Origin: Camelus dromedarius
Taxonomy: Eukaryota
DNA length: 64,000 nt
Assembly (NCBI RefSeq): GCF_036321535.1
Contig: NC_087437.1
Span: 20,462,001-20,526,000, forward strand
Reading direction: 5' to 3'
The translations under genes and the position numbers were made by a program. Position 1 is the stretch's first letter. Each line of letters begins with the position of its first letter. The notes under the pieces are model-generated. The model did no database searches. It was given only the letters and a program-made list of their open reading frames with translations, and was not told where the DNA came from. Shown here piece after piece: positions 14,096 through 25,787 of this stretch.

Positions 14096-15143
14096 GCAAT
14101 AATACAGAACTCGAAAGTGGGGATACTGCAGCGCTATTACCCAGGTAAACAGCACCACTTTAGGTGTTTGGGGAATCATCAAAATGTTATGAAAATAGTG
14201 GAATCACTCACACTGGCTTCCCAATAAGCAAGAGAGAGGTATAATAAAGGAATGTAGTAAGTCAGGGGGATGGGAACAATATACTTTTAGCCTAATATTG
14301 AATGTGTGATTTATATTTAATCTTACATTCTCAATTATATGACAGACTAACACCAAAAGAATTGCAGCACCCTGTCACAGCAGGTGGCCCAGTGAGTGCG
14401 CCTTGATTCAACACTAGCTAAATCCTTAAGAGGAAGAGAAAATGAGGTTGACAGTTCACGGAACAAAGTTAAAATCATTTGAGGGTAAAAATGGTGGAGT
14501 GTAATGACCAGTCAGGAGAACTGGGTGAATCCACATCATAGGTTCTTTTCAAAAAATGACTTCCTTCCACAGAAAAGGTTTGTAAATGAGAAAGGGGAGA
14601 AAGAGAAGAGAGAGAGTGGGGAAAGTGTGGAGGAAACAGCCTGTCCCATGGAAGTGGGAAACGATGCACTTACTCTCCCAGCAAGGTGGTCAGCACGGGA
14701 TATTCTCCTGTATCCAACCTCCCTCTGAGCCCAACCTCAGCCCTGGCTCCCTTCCCCTTGCTGCTTCCGGGTACTCAATATTGATGGCTGACAAAAATTA
14801 AAATGTCCCCTCCCCACAGCATTTGCATCTTCCCAGGTGTCTTTGAGAGACAGAAACTAATTCCCCCTGTGCATCTCAGACCCCTTTGGTCAGCAGGCAA
14901 GAAGAGAGGGTTTCTGAGTCTGTCTCCTGCCCCTCAGATCTCTACCCTGAGGCACCATGCCTTCTTTCTTGGCCCCCAGCTGGGCTCAGGAAACCCACAT
15001 ATTGGCCAAGTGAGATGATGCCATTTCCATGGCTGTCGCCTGTTCCCCTGGAAACTCCCTGCAGAGAGGGAGCACATCTTCCATCTCTATATTCCTTGTG
15101 CTGAGCACACAGTGGGTCTTAACAATTGCCTTATGAATGCATG

Positions 15144-15493
15144 CGTTATGGACTAAATGTCTGTATTCCCTCAAAGTTCATATGTTGAAATCCATCCCCA
15201 ATGTGATGGCATCTGGAGATGGGGCCTCTGGGAGGTAAAGTTTAAACGAGGTCACGAGAGTAGCGCCCCCACGATAGGAGAAGTGTCCTTATAAGAAGAA
15301 GAGAGACCAGAACTCCCTCTCTCCACTATGTGAGAACAGAGCTGCCTGCAAGCCAGGAAGAGGGCTCTCCCCAGGAATCAAATCTGCCAGCACCCTGACC
15401 GTGAACTTGCCAGAACTGTGAAAAATAAGTATCCGTTGTTTAAGACTCCCCATCTGTGGGACTCCGTCACAGCAAACCAAACTGGCCAAGAAA
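15144..15493 (+). mobile_element. MLT1A-type MaLR solo LTR
   Basis: ttatggactaaatgt..tcatatgttgaaatcc..ccaggaagagggctctc..ccagaactgtga hallmark blocks. Confidence 0.85.
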
Positions 15494-15738
15494 GCACATA
15501 TTAATTAGTGCGTGCAAGCTTTGGATCATTTGGGACTTTTTGTGTTTCACACTCAAGAGACATCTTATCCAAACTCTGTAAAGCAGCAACGAAAGTACAG
15601 GGCTGGTATCAGACAGTGTGGCCCAGGCCACTCAGCCCGGTGAGATGCAGAGAGGTCTGGAGCCCAGCAACCCTGATGCCCAGGGCAGAGCCTTTCCCAT
15701 GTCACTGTGATGCTTGCCCTGGTGACAAGAGTCAAATG

Positions 15739-15880
15739 AGGGGGGAGGGTATAGCTCAAAGTGCCAGAGTGCATGCTTAGCATGTACGAGGTCTTGGGTT
15801 CAATCCCCAGTACCTCCTCTAAAATAAACAAACAAACAAACCCAATTTCCTCCTTCCACCACCGGAAGAAAAAGAAAAAA
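15739..15880 (+). mobile_element. vic-1-type camelid tRNA-derived SINE
   Basis: ggggagggtatagctc..gcatgcttagcatg..gggttcaatccccagtacctcc head, A-rich tail, TSD gagtcaaatg on both sides. Confidence 0.9.
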
Positions 15881-17540
15881 AGGAGTCAAATGGAATGCAG
15901 GACCAAGACTCACTAAGGCAGGTCAGAAGGGGTCCAGATATCCCTCTATGAGCCAAATGCCTATATAGGGGGCCAATGAGCACCCACCTGAGCCCTGGCC
16001 CCAGCCCCTGCTAGGAGCTCTCCATTACACAGGTCACGTCCCCTCCCAGAACCTGTTTCTCCAAATGTATGGGTATAGGACCAGAGGGTCTCAGAGATCT
16101 CTGTCTGCTCTAAGTGTTTCCAGTTCAAAGATGGACTAGAGAAGAGTAACCAGCATTACTCGCTCTCCACCAGCCCCTAGAGATAAGCCAAAGTGTTTGG
16201 AGCGAGTGGTTGGGTGGGTGAGAGACTGGATGGGAGCCTCCTTAACAAAGAGAACAAAGACACACATCACCGAGTTAGTACCGCCCAATGCCACTCCATT
16301 TTTGTCTCAGATGAAACAAACAAACAAAAGTTACACTCAGTTAACTATGAAGCTGTTAGGCCCTGGCTAGCATTTATCAGTTCCTGGGAGCTGTGCCACC
16401 AAGATGCTCATACAACAGAGGGAGCCAGGGCCTCTGATACAAGGCAAATTCAGAGATTAATTCCAAAGAGGCGGTTCTTTGAATACACATATCTGTCAAA
16501 GCTGAGAAGCTGCCCAGTGATCAGAGAAAGGGAAAAAGGCCCTGAAAGGCTCCCTGAGCAACTCCTAGAACCACTATGAATCTCTCCACAGGTTTCTAGA
16601 GGAAATTAGCCACCAGACACACTGAGGAGCCACGCTCCCTTCCCACCACTCCCAGACATCAGTAAACAACTAAGGGTGCTCCAAGCACAGGAAACCCCAC
16701 ATCCTCCAATTCCCTGGGCCTGTGGGGGCAGATGGAACCGCATGAACAGATATGCCTCAACCTTCACTGGCTCCTGTCCACCCCGGCCTGCTCGTACAGA
16801 AACTCCAGTCCCTTGCAGTTCCCCTCACCCAGTGTGGTTCTCCCAGGGGCTGTATCTGTGCCCTCCAACGCCAGAGGTAGCTGACTACTGGCAGACACCA
16901 CTGCTGCCCCGCACACATCCCCCAGCTACCTGCCAGCCGTCCTTTGCTGGGCATCTGACAACCAACTCAACACAAGTAGGCTTGCCAGGCACTGCATCTC
17001 CCCTGGAATGAGTGAGAGAGAACTTGATGGACAGGAATTACTCTATTCTTCCAGACGCCAAGGGCACAGCTCAGCATGCTGGCTCCTTCTTTCTTAGACA
17101 AATTTGTTCAACAACCTCCAAAGGCATCATGCAAACGGGCTTTTGGCAGGCCTGTTCCAAACTTGTTCCAGGCATGCTTAATTTCTTGTTTAGACTCTGG
17201 CTATACATCTCCCTACCTGACTCCCCTGCTCAGAACTCTCCAATGGCTCCTCGCGTCTTCAGGTAAAACTTAAACTCCCTGATGTACACAGAGCCCCATG
17301 GCGTGAACAGAAGTATCCTTGACACAAAGCTTCACAGAAGGTGTGAGGTGTCCTCTGGGAGGCAGTGCGGTGTGGTGGTTAGAATCCAGCATAGACACTG
17401 AGGTTGGGATCCCAGCTCCACCTCCTAACAGCTGGTTTACTGCAACAAGTCCTCTGCTTGTCAGGAGATCCTCCCAAGCTGCGCAGTCTTGCTTCCCCCT
17501 GCCTCCTGCAACCCCTGGGACCACTCTCGACCGGCTCGGC

Positions 17541-17558
17541 TGCTCCCCCTGGTGGTAG
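17541..17558 (-). promoter_or_regulatory. candidate CTCF site
   Basis: Reverse complement ccaccagggggagca, one mismatch from the CCACCAGGGGGCGC core. Confidence 0.55.
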
Positions 17559-18099
17559 CTGCCGGAAGCTTCTGAAACAAAGCCAAAGAAATCAGCCACC
17601 AAAGACCTCCAGCTTGGGTTAAGATCAAAGCTTACTTTGTTTGTTCACAATGGTGGCCACTCACAGTGGGGGTTTAACCAAGTGATACCCACAACAGATG
17701 GACCTCAACTAGATTCTCTTCTTAAGCTCACCTAACACAGGATTCTGTGTACATAATTACAGTCAGTCCTCCAGCGTCAGGTCTGTCCAGTCACGGCTTT
17801 CATGATTTCACTGTTCCGCTTCCATATCTTGTCTACCGGGGAACGGAGGATGGGGGACAACAGGACAGTGGCATGCAGGAATCATGGATGTGATGCTACG
17901 CAGGGCTCTCCTGAGGCTTGTGGGACCTAAAGTGCTGACCTTCACATCCATTTCTAGTCCCTCATTCCTCTCTGAACCTCAGTCTTCTCATCAGTAAAAC
18001 AGTGTAAAGATATGAACCACCTCTGCTTATTGTGAAGATAACAGGAAATAATATGTTAAGTCAGTAGGAGGCAGATTATGGGAAACTTTATATTTAGGA

Positions 18100-18415
18100 C
18101 CTGTGCTGACAATAAAAATACAATGCAAGCCACATATTAATGTTAGATTTTCTAACAGCCCCATTAAAAAATTTAAGTAAACATTATCAACATAATTCAT
18201 TCTTTATTTAACTCTACATATTCAAAACATAATTTTAACATCATTAATTAAAAACCTAATGAGGCATTTCATGGTCTTATTTTCTTTCTTTTGTGCTAGG
18301 TCTTTGAAATTCTGTATGTATTGTACACTTACCACACATCTCAATTCAGAGTGGACACATCTTAGGTGCCCAGTAGCTACACGTGGCCAGTGACTGCCAC
18401 ACTGGACAGCATAGC
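18100..18415. mobile_element. MER33 (hAT-Charlie)
   Basis: aatgcaagccacata..tttgaaattc..gtagctacacgtggccagtg..ggacagca. Confidence 0.8.
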
Positions 18416-19659
18416 TCCAGACTAAACTTGGACTTCACTCTACAGACAACTGACAGCCATGATGGATTTTTCCCAGAGGAGCGAAATGAACAAAAAAAAA
18501 AAAGCAGTTTAGGGAGCTTTAATCTGGCCTTGGATGAGAGGCACAGCTGTTCTGCCTCAGTGGTCCAACCAACAGACCAGGAGACAGCAACTCTATTTGC
18601 TGTCTCCCTGGCACCTACAAAAGACCTGCCTGAGAGTCTTTGGTAATTGGGTTGGATGAAACCATCAATCAATAAATCACCAGGACTGGTGACTGTCTGG
18701 ATTTGCAAAGCGAGTTAAAGAGAAGGGTCAAGATGAATCTGAAGGTCAGAGAGTGGGATTAGGACAGAAGGATGGGGCGCTGCAAGAAATAAAGAGGCTG
18801 GATGAAGAACTGGGGAGGTGGCAGAATGACTCTTCCTTAGAGCTGGTAGTGCTCAGTGTGACAGAAGGCTGCTGAGACTAGATGACTGGTTAGAGAGGAT
18901 GAGGAACTGGAGCTTGGAAGACATAAGTCAGTCACTGGAGCGGCAATTACCGGTGGGGGCGGGGGGGGCTAGGAGGCACTGGGCACTCCTGAGCCACCGC
19001 AAAGGGGACGGACATAATGAGAAAGTGAGATGCCAGTGATGGCTTAAACCCAGGTAGCAATGAGGGAAAAAATTCAAGTTCCTGTGGACACTCGAGTTCT
19101 CAGATGCTTGGAACAGCTGGGAGCGGGCGGCTGGAGACAGGAAAGACCATTCAGAGAAGTCTTGAAGAGCAGGCTTTAGACAGCTGCTGTTTGCTGAGGC
19201 AGGGCATCCTTCATCCCCAGAGCCCTGGTCAAACCATTTGCATTTCATTATCCAATTGTGTTCTCCTGAGACCCAGGGTGAGACTGCTCAGCAAAAGCAG
19301 CTGCTTTCACATTCAACAGTTTTAGATCAAAGCCCGCGGCATACTAGCTCTCTGTGTGACACTGGTAATGAAGAAGAAGGTCTCCCAGCAGCTCAAAGAA
19401 AAAAAAAATAATAATGAACTAGAAGATTTTAACACTCATCCAGAAGAAGCTTGCTTCTCGATATCCGAGATTTCCGTGAGGGTGTGTGTCAAGGACGGGA
19501 AGTGTCTGGGATAGTGAGCTAATGTGATCGGTCATTCCAGGACTGAGCGTGCTCAGTGAGCTGCCCATGACGGGGTCACCATCAGGTCTCCCTCACACTC
19601 AGCCTCATTTCCACTTCACTAGCTTTGTTCTCAACAGCTCCAAGGCTTCGACTGTAGTA

Positions 19660-20520
19660 ATCCAGCAAAAGTTGATGTGGCTGAAATTATAGCAGCTGCA
19701 GTGGGAATGGAAAAACTGGAAAGACGAGAAAGGCATTTGGGAGGAGGAAAAAGGCAGGGCTTGTGGTTTGAGGGAGAGGGAAGAATCACAGGGGAGTCCC
19801 TGCCCAGAGTAGGTGGCTGAATGGTGGGGCCATTTACTGAGAGAGGGCGCACTGGAGCTAAAGTATCTGAATATGACGGAGACAGAGAGCGCAGCTTTGT
19901 AACTAATTTTGAGCTGACTATGAGATAGCAAAATGTTAAGCAGGCATTTGGATATTTAAGTGTGGGGTTCATCAGAAATTTGGGCCAGCGATAGAAATTT
20001 AGAATATATCGAAATATAGAAGAGATTTAAAAGTGAGGGCATCAATGAGATTACTTAGGGAGTGACTACGGGGATAAATGAGAAGACCTAAGACGCAGTC
20101 ATAGGAAACTCAGGACACAGAGATGGAAGAGGAGAGCCAACAAAGAGATGGAAGAAGATGATCAGACAAATAGGAGGGAAAGTGGGAGAGAATGACTGTA
20201 CAGACAGCAAAGGGGAGAGTGTTTCGAGGAAGAGGAGGCAGTGTGTCCAAGCTGCTGAGAGGTCAAGAACAACGTGAACAGAAGAGTGCACTGAATCTGG
20301 CCAGACGGAGGTGTTGGAGAACTTTGCCAAGAGCAGTTTTGATGGAGGATAAGGGTAACATCCGGACAGGGGTGGCTGGAGAGCAAGTGGGAGCCCAGAG
20401 CGTGGAGACAGAATGTGGACACACCCTTTCAAGTTTTGTGAGGCAAGTGGAGAAGTGAAATAGCAGTTGGACAGAGATTCATGGGCAAAGAGCATTTTTA
20501 AGGAACTGGAGAGAGATAAA
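19660..20520 (-). mobile_element. L2 LINE fragment (RT remnant)
   Basis: ORF 20088-20528 contains LQPPLSG..VVLDLSAAW..LETLS, like L2 RT (LLDLSAAFDT). Confidence 0.85.
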
Positions 20521-20713
20521 AGAAGCATTTCTTTTATCTGCTTTATAAATTGGCTGTCTGGAGTAAGTTCTCATTTGAACACCGTGTTCTCAGGCTTTAA
20601 AAAAGTGTATTCCATAGGACTAGCTGTTCCGCGAGGTCCTTTCTACATCTGTCATTCTAAAGTTCTACAACTATTCCTTTTTCAAAGGTCAGAAAGAAAA
20701 TATTCAGGACTGG

Positions 20714-21057
20714 TGTCTTAGTCCTTTCAGGACACTATAACAACCTACCATAGATTGAGCACCCTGAACAATAAACATTTACTTCTCACGGTTCTGGAGG
20801 CTGGGAAGTCCAAGATCAAGGTGCCAGCAGATTTGTCGTCTGGTGAGAGCTCTTTTCCTGGTTCAGTAGCCATTTCTCTCTGTGTCCTCGCAGGGCAGAA
20901 GGAGCAGGGGTTTCTTTTATAAGGGCACTAATCCCATTCATGAAGGCTCCATCCTTATAACTGAATCACCAAAGCCCCCCATCTCCTAAACCATCATAGT
21001 GGGGATAAAGCTGCAACATATGAATTTTGAGGGAACACAAGCATTCAGCCGATAGCA
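20714..21057 (-). mobile_element. MLT1A-type MaLR solo LTR
   Basis: tgtcttagtcc..ggttctggaggctgggaagtccaagatcaagg..tagca; exact 5-bp TSD actgg. Confidence 0.9.
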
Positions 21058-22329
21058 ACTGGTATCTAAGCAGCAACTCCTCTTCTTCTCAGTCCATTTG
21101 GTCCTACTTTATTCATTCCTTTCCCTACAAGGTGAGCACCACGAGGGCAAGGATTTTTGTTGTTGTTCACAGATACACAATAGTATGTGCTCAATAAGTG
21201 TCTGCTGAATGAATAAACAAATGGATGGATTCAGTAAGTCATCAGAGTGTCTACACACGCGGAACTCATTCAGCATTTACACAACAAACATTAAGCATCT
21301 GACGTGCGCCAGGCTCTGTGCTAAGCACATCTCAGTCAGCTTCTCCTTAAAGTGGGAGAAAAAATTCTGTTCTGCCTGCTTCACAAGACCATTATGAGAA
21401 TCAAATGAGAATTGTGGGCTGAAAAAAACTTTGCAAATGCTATAGTATCTTAGAAAGACAAATGTTACTACTAAACATGGCTTTTGCCCTCAAGGAGTTT
21501 GTGTCAAAATTAAAGAAATGAGACACACAGGAAGTGGGTGAATCACTGTTTAGCATGAACCAAAGTGTGCATCGGGCACTGGGGGTTTTTTTATGCCTTC
21601 TCTCACCTAACTTTACACCCTTGCCCTGAGGTGAGCACCATTACCCCCACGATGCAGATGCAGAAACTGCTGTCTGAGAGGTTAAGCAAATTGCAGAAGC
21701 TACTCAAAGAGTGAGAGGTAAAATTGAATGAAAATCTAGGTCTGTCTATCTCCAAAAAACATTACCCTTTCAAAACTATTTTCTTTTGCACAAAAGTAAA
21801 TCCCAGGAAGCATTTAAAATCATGTCCCTGAACACTGGCAATGAGACGAGTGAGGGAGGCAGGAACTATTGTTTACTGCATGTTCATCGAACACTGAGCT
21901 CTGTATTTGTATCCCATCATTTATTTCTCATTTGTGATATAGGGTCTACCCCCATTTTGCACACTAATACAAACATCAGCTGAAATCCCTAGTATTTACT
22001 GATACTTAAAGTTGGCTTAAGCAGCTCCCCTCATTGTGTGGAAAACCTAATGCTATTTTCAAGATTTTAAAAAATTCCTAGGGTGTTCACATTCTTGAGG
22101 CAAAATTCCAGTTCCAAACAGACTCACCTCACCACACCCACCACCTGCAACTTAACTCCCCCATCTGCTGGGCACCAAGCAAGATATAAAACGCAGATCC
22201 TTGCATTTCACCCAAATCACTCACAAAAAGGCATTACAAAGTGTGTGGCAGGCTTTGCAGTACATCTGGGGATTCAGAGTAGTTTTCCATGCCAGCAAAG
22301 CAAACAGCTTCAGATTGACTATCAGGGGG

Positions 22330-22583
22330 ATTAAAAGGTACAAACTACTACATACGAAATAAATAAGCTACAAGGATATATTGTACAACACAAAGAATAT
22401 GGCTAATATTTTATAATAACTATAAATGGAGTATAACCTTTAAAAATTGTGAATCTATATGTTGTAAACCTAAAACATATATAATATTGTATATCAACTA
22501 CACCTCAGTAAAAAATACATATATATGCATGTATCTAAATTAATAACTCAAATAATACAAAGGTTAAAAAAAAAAAAAAAAAA
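22330..22583 (+). mobile_element. L1 3' end (artiodactyl type) with A18 tail
   Basis: aataagctacaaggatatattgtacaacac..tatcaactacacctcag. Confidence 0.85.
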
Positions 22584-22709
22584 CACTGACAACCAGACAT
22601 CCCTGCTCATCATATCCTTTGTTCAGGAGCCTCTGGGGGTTTCTCACTGTCCATTTTTCTCTGGAGGCTCCCACCTTTCCTTCAAAACACTCTTCACATG
22701 TGAATTCCC

Positions 22710-23140
22710 CTGGTGGACACTTGTAGAATTTCCTCCCAGCACGTTTTATTCTAAATCCCCGCTCCCCTATCCATCCATATGTATCCTGGGGGAGCTGCAG
22801 AGTTCTTACATGACCCCAGGTGATTGGTCAAGATGTGGTCGTCAAATCCACACTCAGCCAGAGACCCTTTGCTAGGATTTTTGGAATTGGGACCAGAAAG
22901 GTGATCAGGTCAGCCCCTCCGGTCACTGAGGCTGTAACATGTAACTCTCTGGAGGTGCTGGCTACCATGTTTCAGCAAGTGAAGAAAGTCATTTTGCAGG
23001 CAGGGAAACAAGCCTCTTTACAAAGAGGAGCCAAGAAAAGAAATAACAAGAGATGAAGAGAGAGAGGGAGTCATGGCAACATCCGAGATGCGTGTTTCAG
23101 AGTTCTGGGAGCCCAGCCACGTTCCCCTATCTCTCTGCCT
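22710..23140 (+). mobile_element. old ERVL LTR (LTR33-like)
   Basis: gtgattggtcaagatgtgg..ggatttttggaattggg..gctaccatgttt pattern. Confidence 0.5.
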
Positions 23141-24599
23141 CCTGCCTTTGAGCAGCAAGAACTGTGGGAGGATCTGAACTGCTGGTCTTCCTTCTTCTCT
23201 CCTCCACCAACCTTTGCATGGAAATGAGAGTGGTAGAGAGATTTATCCCTTCATCCACGGGAATTATGCCAAGCAGGTCAGAAGACAGAATCAGTGAAGA
23301 ACTCAGCCAATTAGACCACCCCTGCGTAGATCTGAGTAAAGCAAGGACACACTTCCATGCTTCCCACCAGGTGTCCCTATCCAGCTCTGTGGAGAATCGA
23401 GTGTCAGATTCTTACCACCACCCCACCCCCAGCTAGCAGCTCTGGTGCCCTCATCAGTCATCCCAGGATACACAAAAGAGAACAGAATCTCGAGGAATTT
23501 AAAGAACTTGCCAAAGTCACAGTCAGTAAGAAACAGACACAAAATCTGGGGCCAGATCTGTGTGTGTTTAGCTAATACCATGTGGGGACAGAAACACAGG
23601 CCCAGGAGAGCAGGGCTGGTTGTGCAGGGATGGGAGACACCCAGCCATCTGGATCTACTGAGCTCTGCCTTTTCCATTACTGTTATTCCTTTCTCTCCTT
23701 CCTTCTTCTGCCCCCTTCTACATCTCTTTCTTCCTCCTCTTTCCTTCTCCTCCAAGCCTTCTGGGGCCCCTGGACTCCAGTTGGCAGGAAGGGATACAGG
23801 TGTCCCCACCCTGAATGCTGACTATCCCTCTGAGTCCTGTCAAGAGACCTTGACCACTGACTCATCCCCGAGAACAAGACAATCTTTGTGCACAGGTCAC
23901 TGTGCTGCACTAAGGACAGGTCACAGTGGAGAAAGTTCTGAGTGAGAACCAGAGGAGACAGAAGAGGGCAGCCCTTCCCTCACCAAAGTCCTTGAATGGC
24001 CTTTCCAGGCCAAATCTGCATCCTCTCTCCTCTTTCTTTGAAAAGCAGAAGCTAAGCAGTTACTCCACAGTCTGCTACCTATGAAACAAAATGGGTGTTC
24101 TGAGTTCTGCACACTGTAATCCCAGCATCCCTCTTGGTCTCCACCTGGTGATTGGTGCAATCTTTGGAAAGTCACTTAAGAAAACAAAAAGTCAAAAAAT
24201 GTGAGTATGGATGTGTGCTTGCACAAAGGAAGAGGACCATCAAATGCATCAAAATGTTCCTTAGTAGGGATTTTCAAGTAATTCCTTCTTTACACTTTGC
24301 TATAATTTCCACTGTTCATACAATGAACCTATATCACTTTCATAAATAGAAAATCCCTCATTGAATATCTCTGGGCTCTAGTCTCCAAGGGTATCAAGTG
24401 TGGCTTGCATCTGCCTTGCTTCTGTCATAGTCCTATTTTGGGAATGATGAGATAATGCCAAAAACCACATGATCCACATCACCAACTGAGGTTACAAACA
24501 CGAGCACGTTTCTTTCATTTTCCCCATTAATCACTCAAGCAGCTGCAAGCCTTTGTTAGTAAGCAATACAGCATCTGCCCTCTTAGGTCTCTCCCTAGT

Positions 24600-24985
24600 G
24601 GCACTTAAGATTGGGTTCCACTGTAAACACTGGAAGCCCAACTGACTGTGGCATACACAGACAGGGTCTGTTTCCCTCCCATCAGAAGAAATCCAGAGTT
24701 AGGCAGCCCAAGGCTGGACCACTGCTCAAGTATGTCCTCCAAGATCCAGGCTCCTGGCTCAGCATCCTTAGTTTATGATTCATTCTTGTCCTTTCAAAGG
24801 ACAGTGGCTGTGCCTCCAGGAAAGAAGAAGGAGGAAGAGCAAAGGGTGAAAACTATTTTTTTTCTTTTCACTTGGGATGGGAATTCTGCCTACATCATAT
24901 TGGCTCTCCTATTGGCTAGAATTCAGTCACTTGACCACCCCTAGCTGCAAGGGAAGCTGGGAAGTTGAGTAAGTTCACTTTTCAT
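24600..24985 (-). mobile_element. old MLT1J/K-type LTR
   Basis: ttggctagaattcagtcacttgaccacccctagctgcaagggaagctgggaa block. Confidence 0.65.
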
Positions 24986-25787
24986 GCTCTATAGTTTATT
25001 CAACCTAAGGGTTTCAGCTCCAATTCTGAAGTCCAGGTGGAGTGAGAACTGGAAAGTCTGATCTGTCCACAAGGAAGCCTAAGTTGTCACCTGTCACTGA
25101 GTGTCTGTCTGCCTTGCAGCACTGCTGTTAACGACTGGTCCTCCACAGAGGCAATGCTGTCATGGTTCCAGTTCACTGTACAGGCCATAACGACTCACAT
25201 GCTTGATTCTCATGTTGCAGGTACTCAGGCTACACTCACACGCACAACAGCAGGCCTCAAGTATAACTCTAGTGGAAAGGAGGCCATGTCATAAAAGGCT
25301 TCTCGCCTCAGCCACTCCCTCTGTCAGAAATGGCCCCTCCATGACCCTTTAGACCCCACCTGTCCCCAGAGGATGTCTGTTTTCTTACTGGAAGAACTCA
25401 GACTAGATCATCCCAATCCATCAGAGAAGGTCTGACACAGCTGAATGTCTCTATGGAGGCGATATCTCAGTACCCACAGGAGACTCCTTGGCCCCTATAC
25501 AAATTTGCACACCTCTTCTCCCCACATCACCTCTGAATAGAAGAACATTGATAGGGCTCATCTCCATTGGCCACATCAGGCCCTATTCTGTCCTTTACCA
25601 GGTCCTGGAGGATTTACACTTACATAACTACAAGGGCCCACACCAGGGGCTCTTCCTGAACACGAATCTACCTCAAAGTGATTTGTCATGAACACTAGAT
25701 AGAGAAACACCTATGCTAAAAGTATGTCATATTCTGTTGGATGCACCGGCTACATGCAAAAGTGATTTAAGACAGAAGAGATCTAAG

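Noticed and set aside
15258..15278. CTCF half-match (tagcgcccccacg) in MLT1A LTR
   Set aside because: Only the 3' half of the core matches.
23303..23945. Overlapping 166-168-aa ORFs on both strands
   Set aside because: Span a MIR-like piece and CT-rich low-complexity sequence; no recognisable protein.
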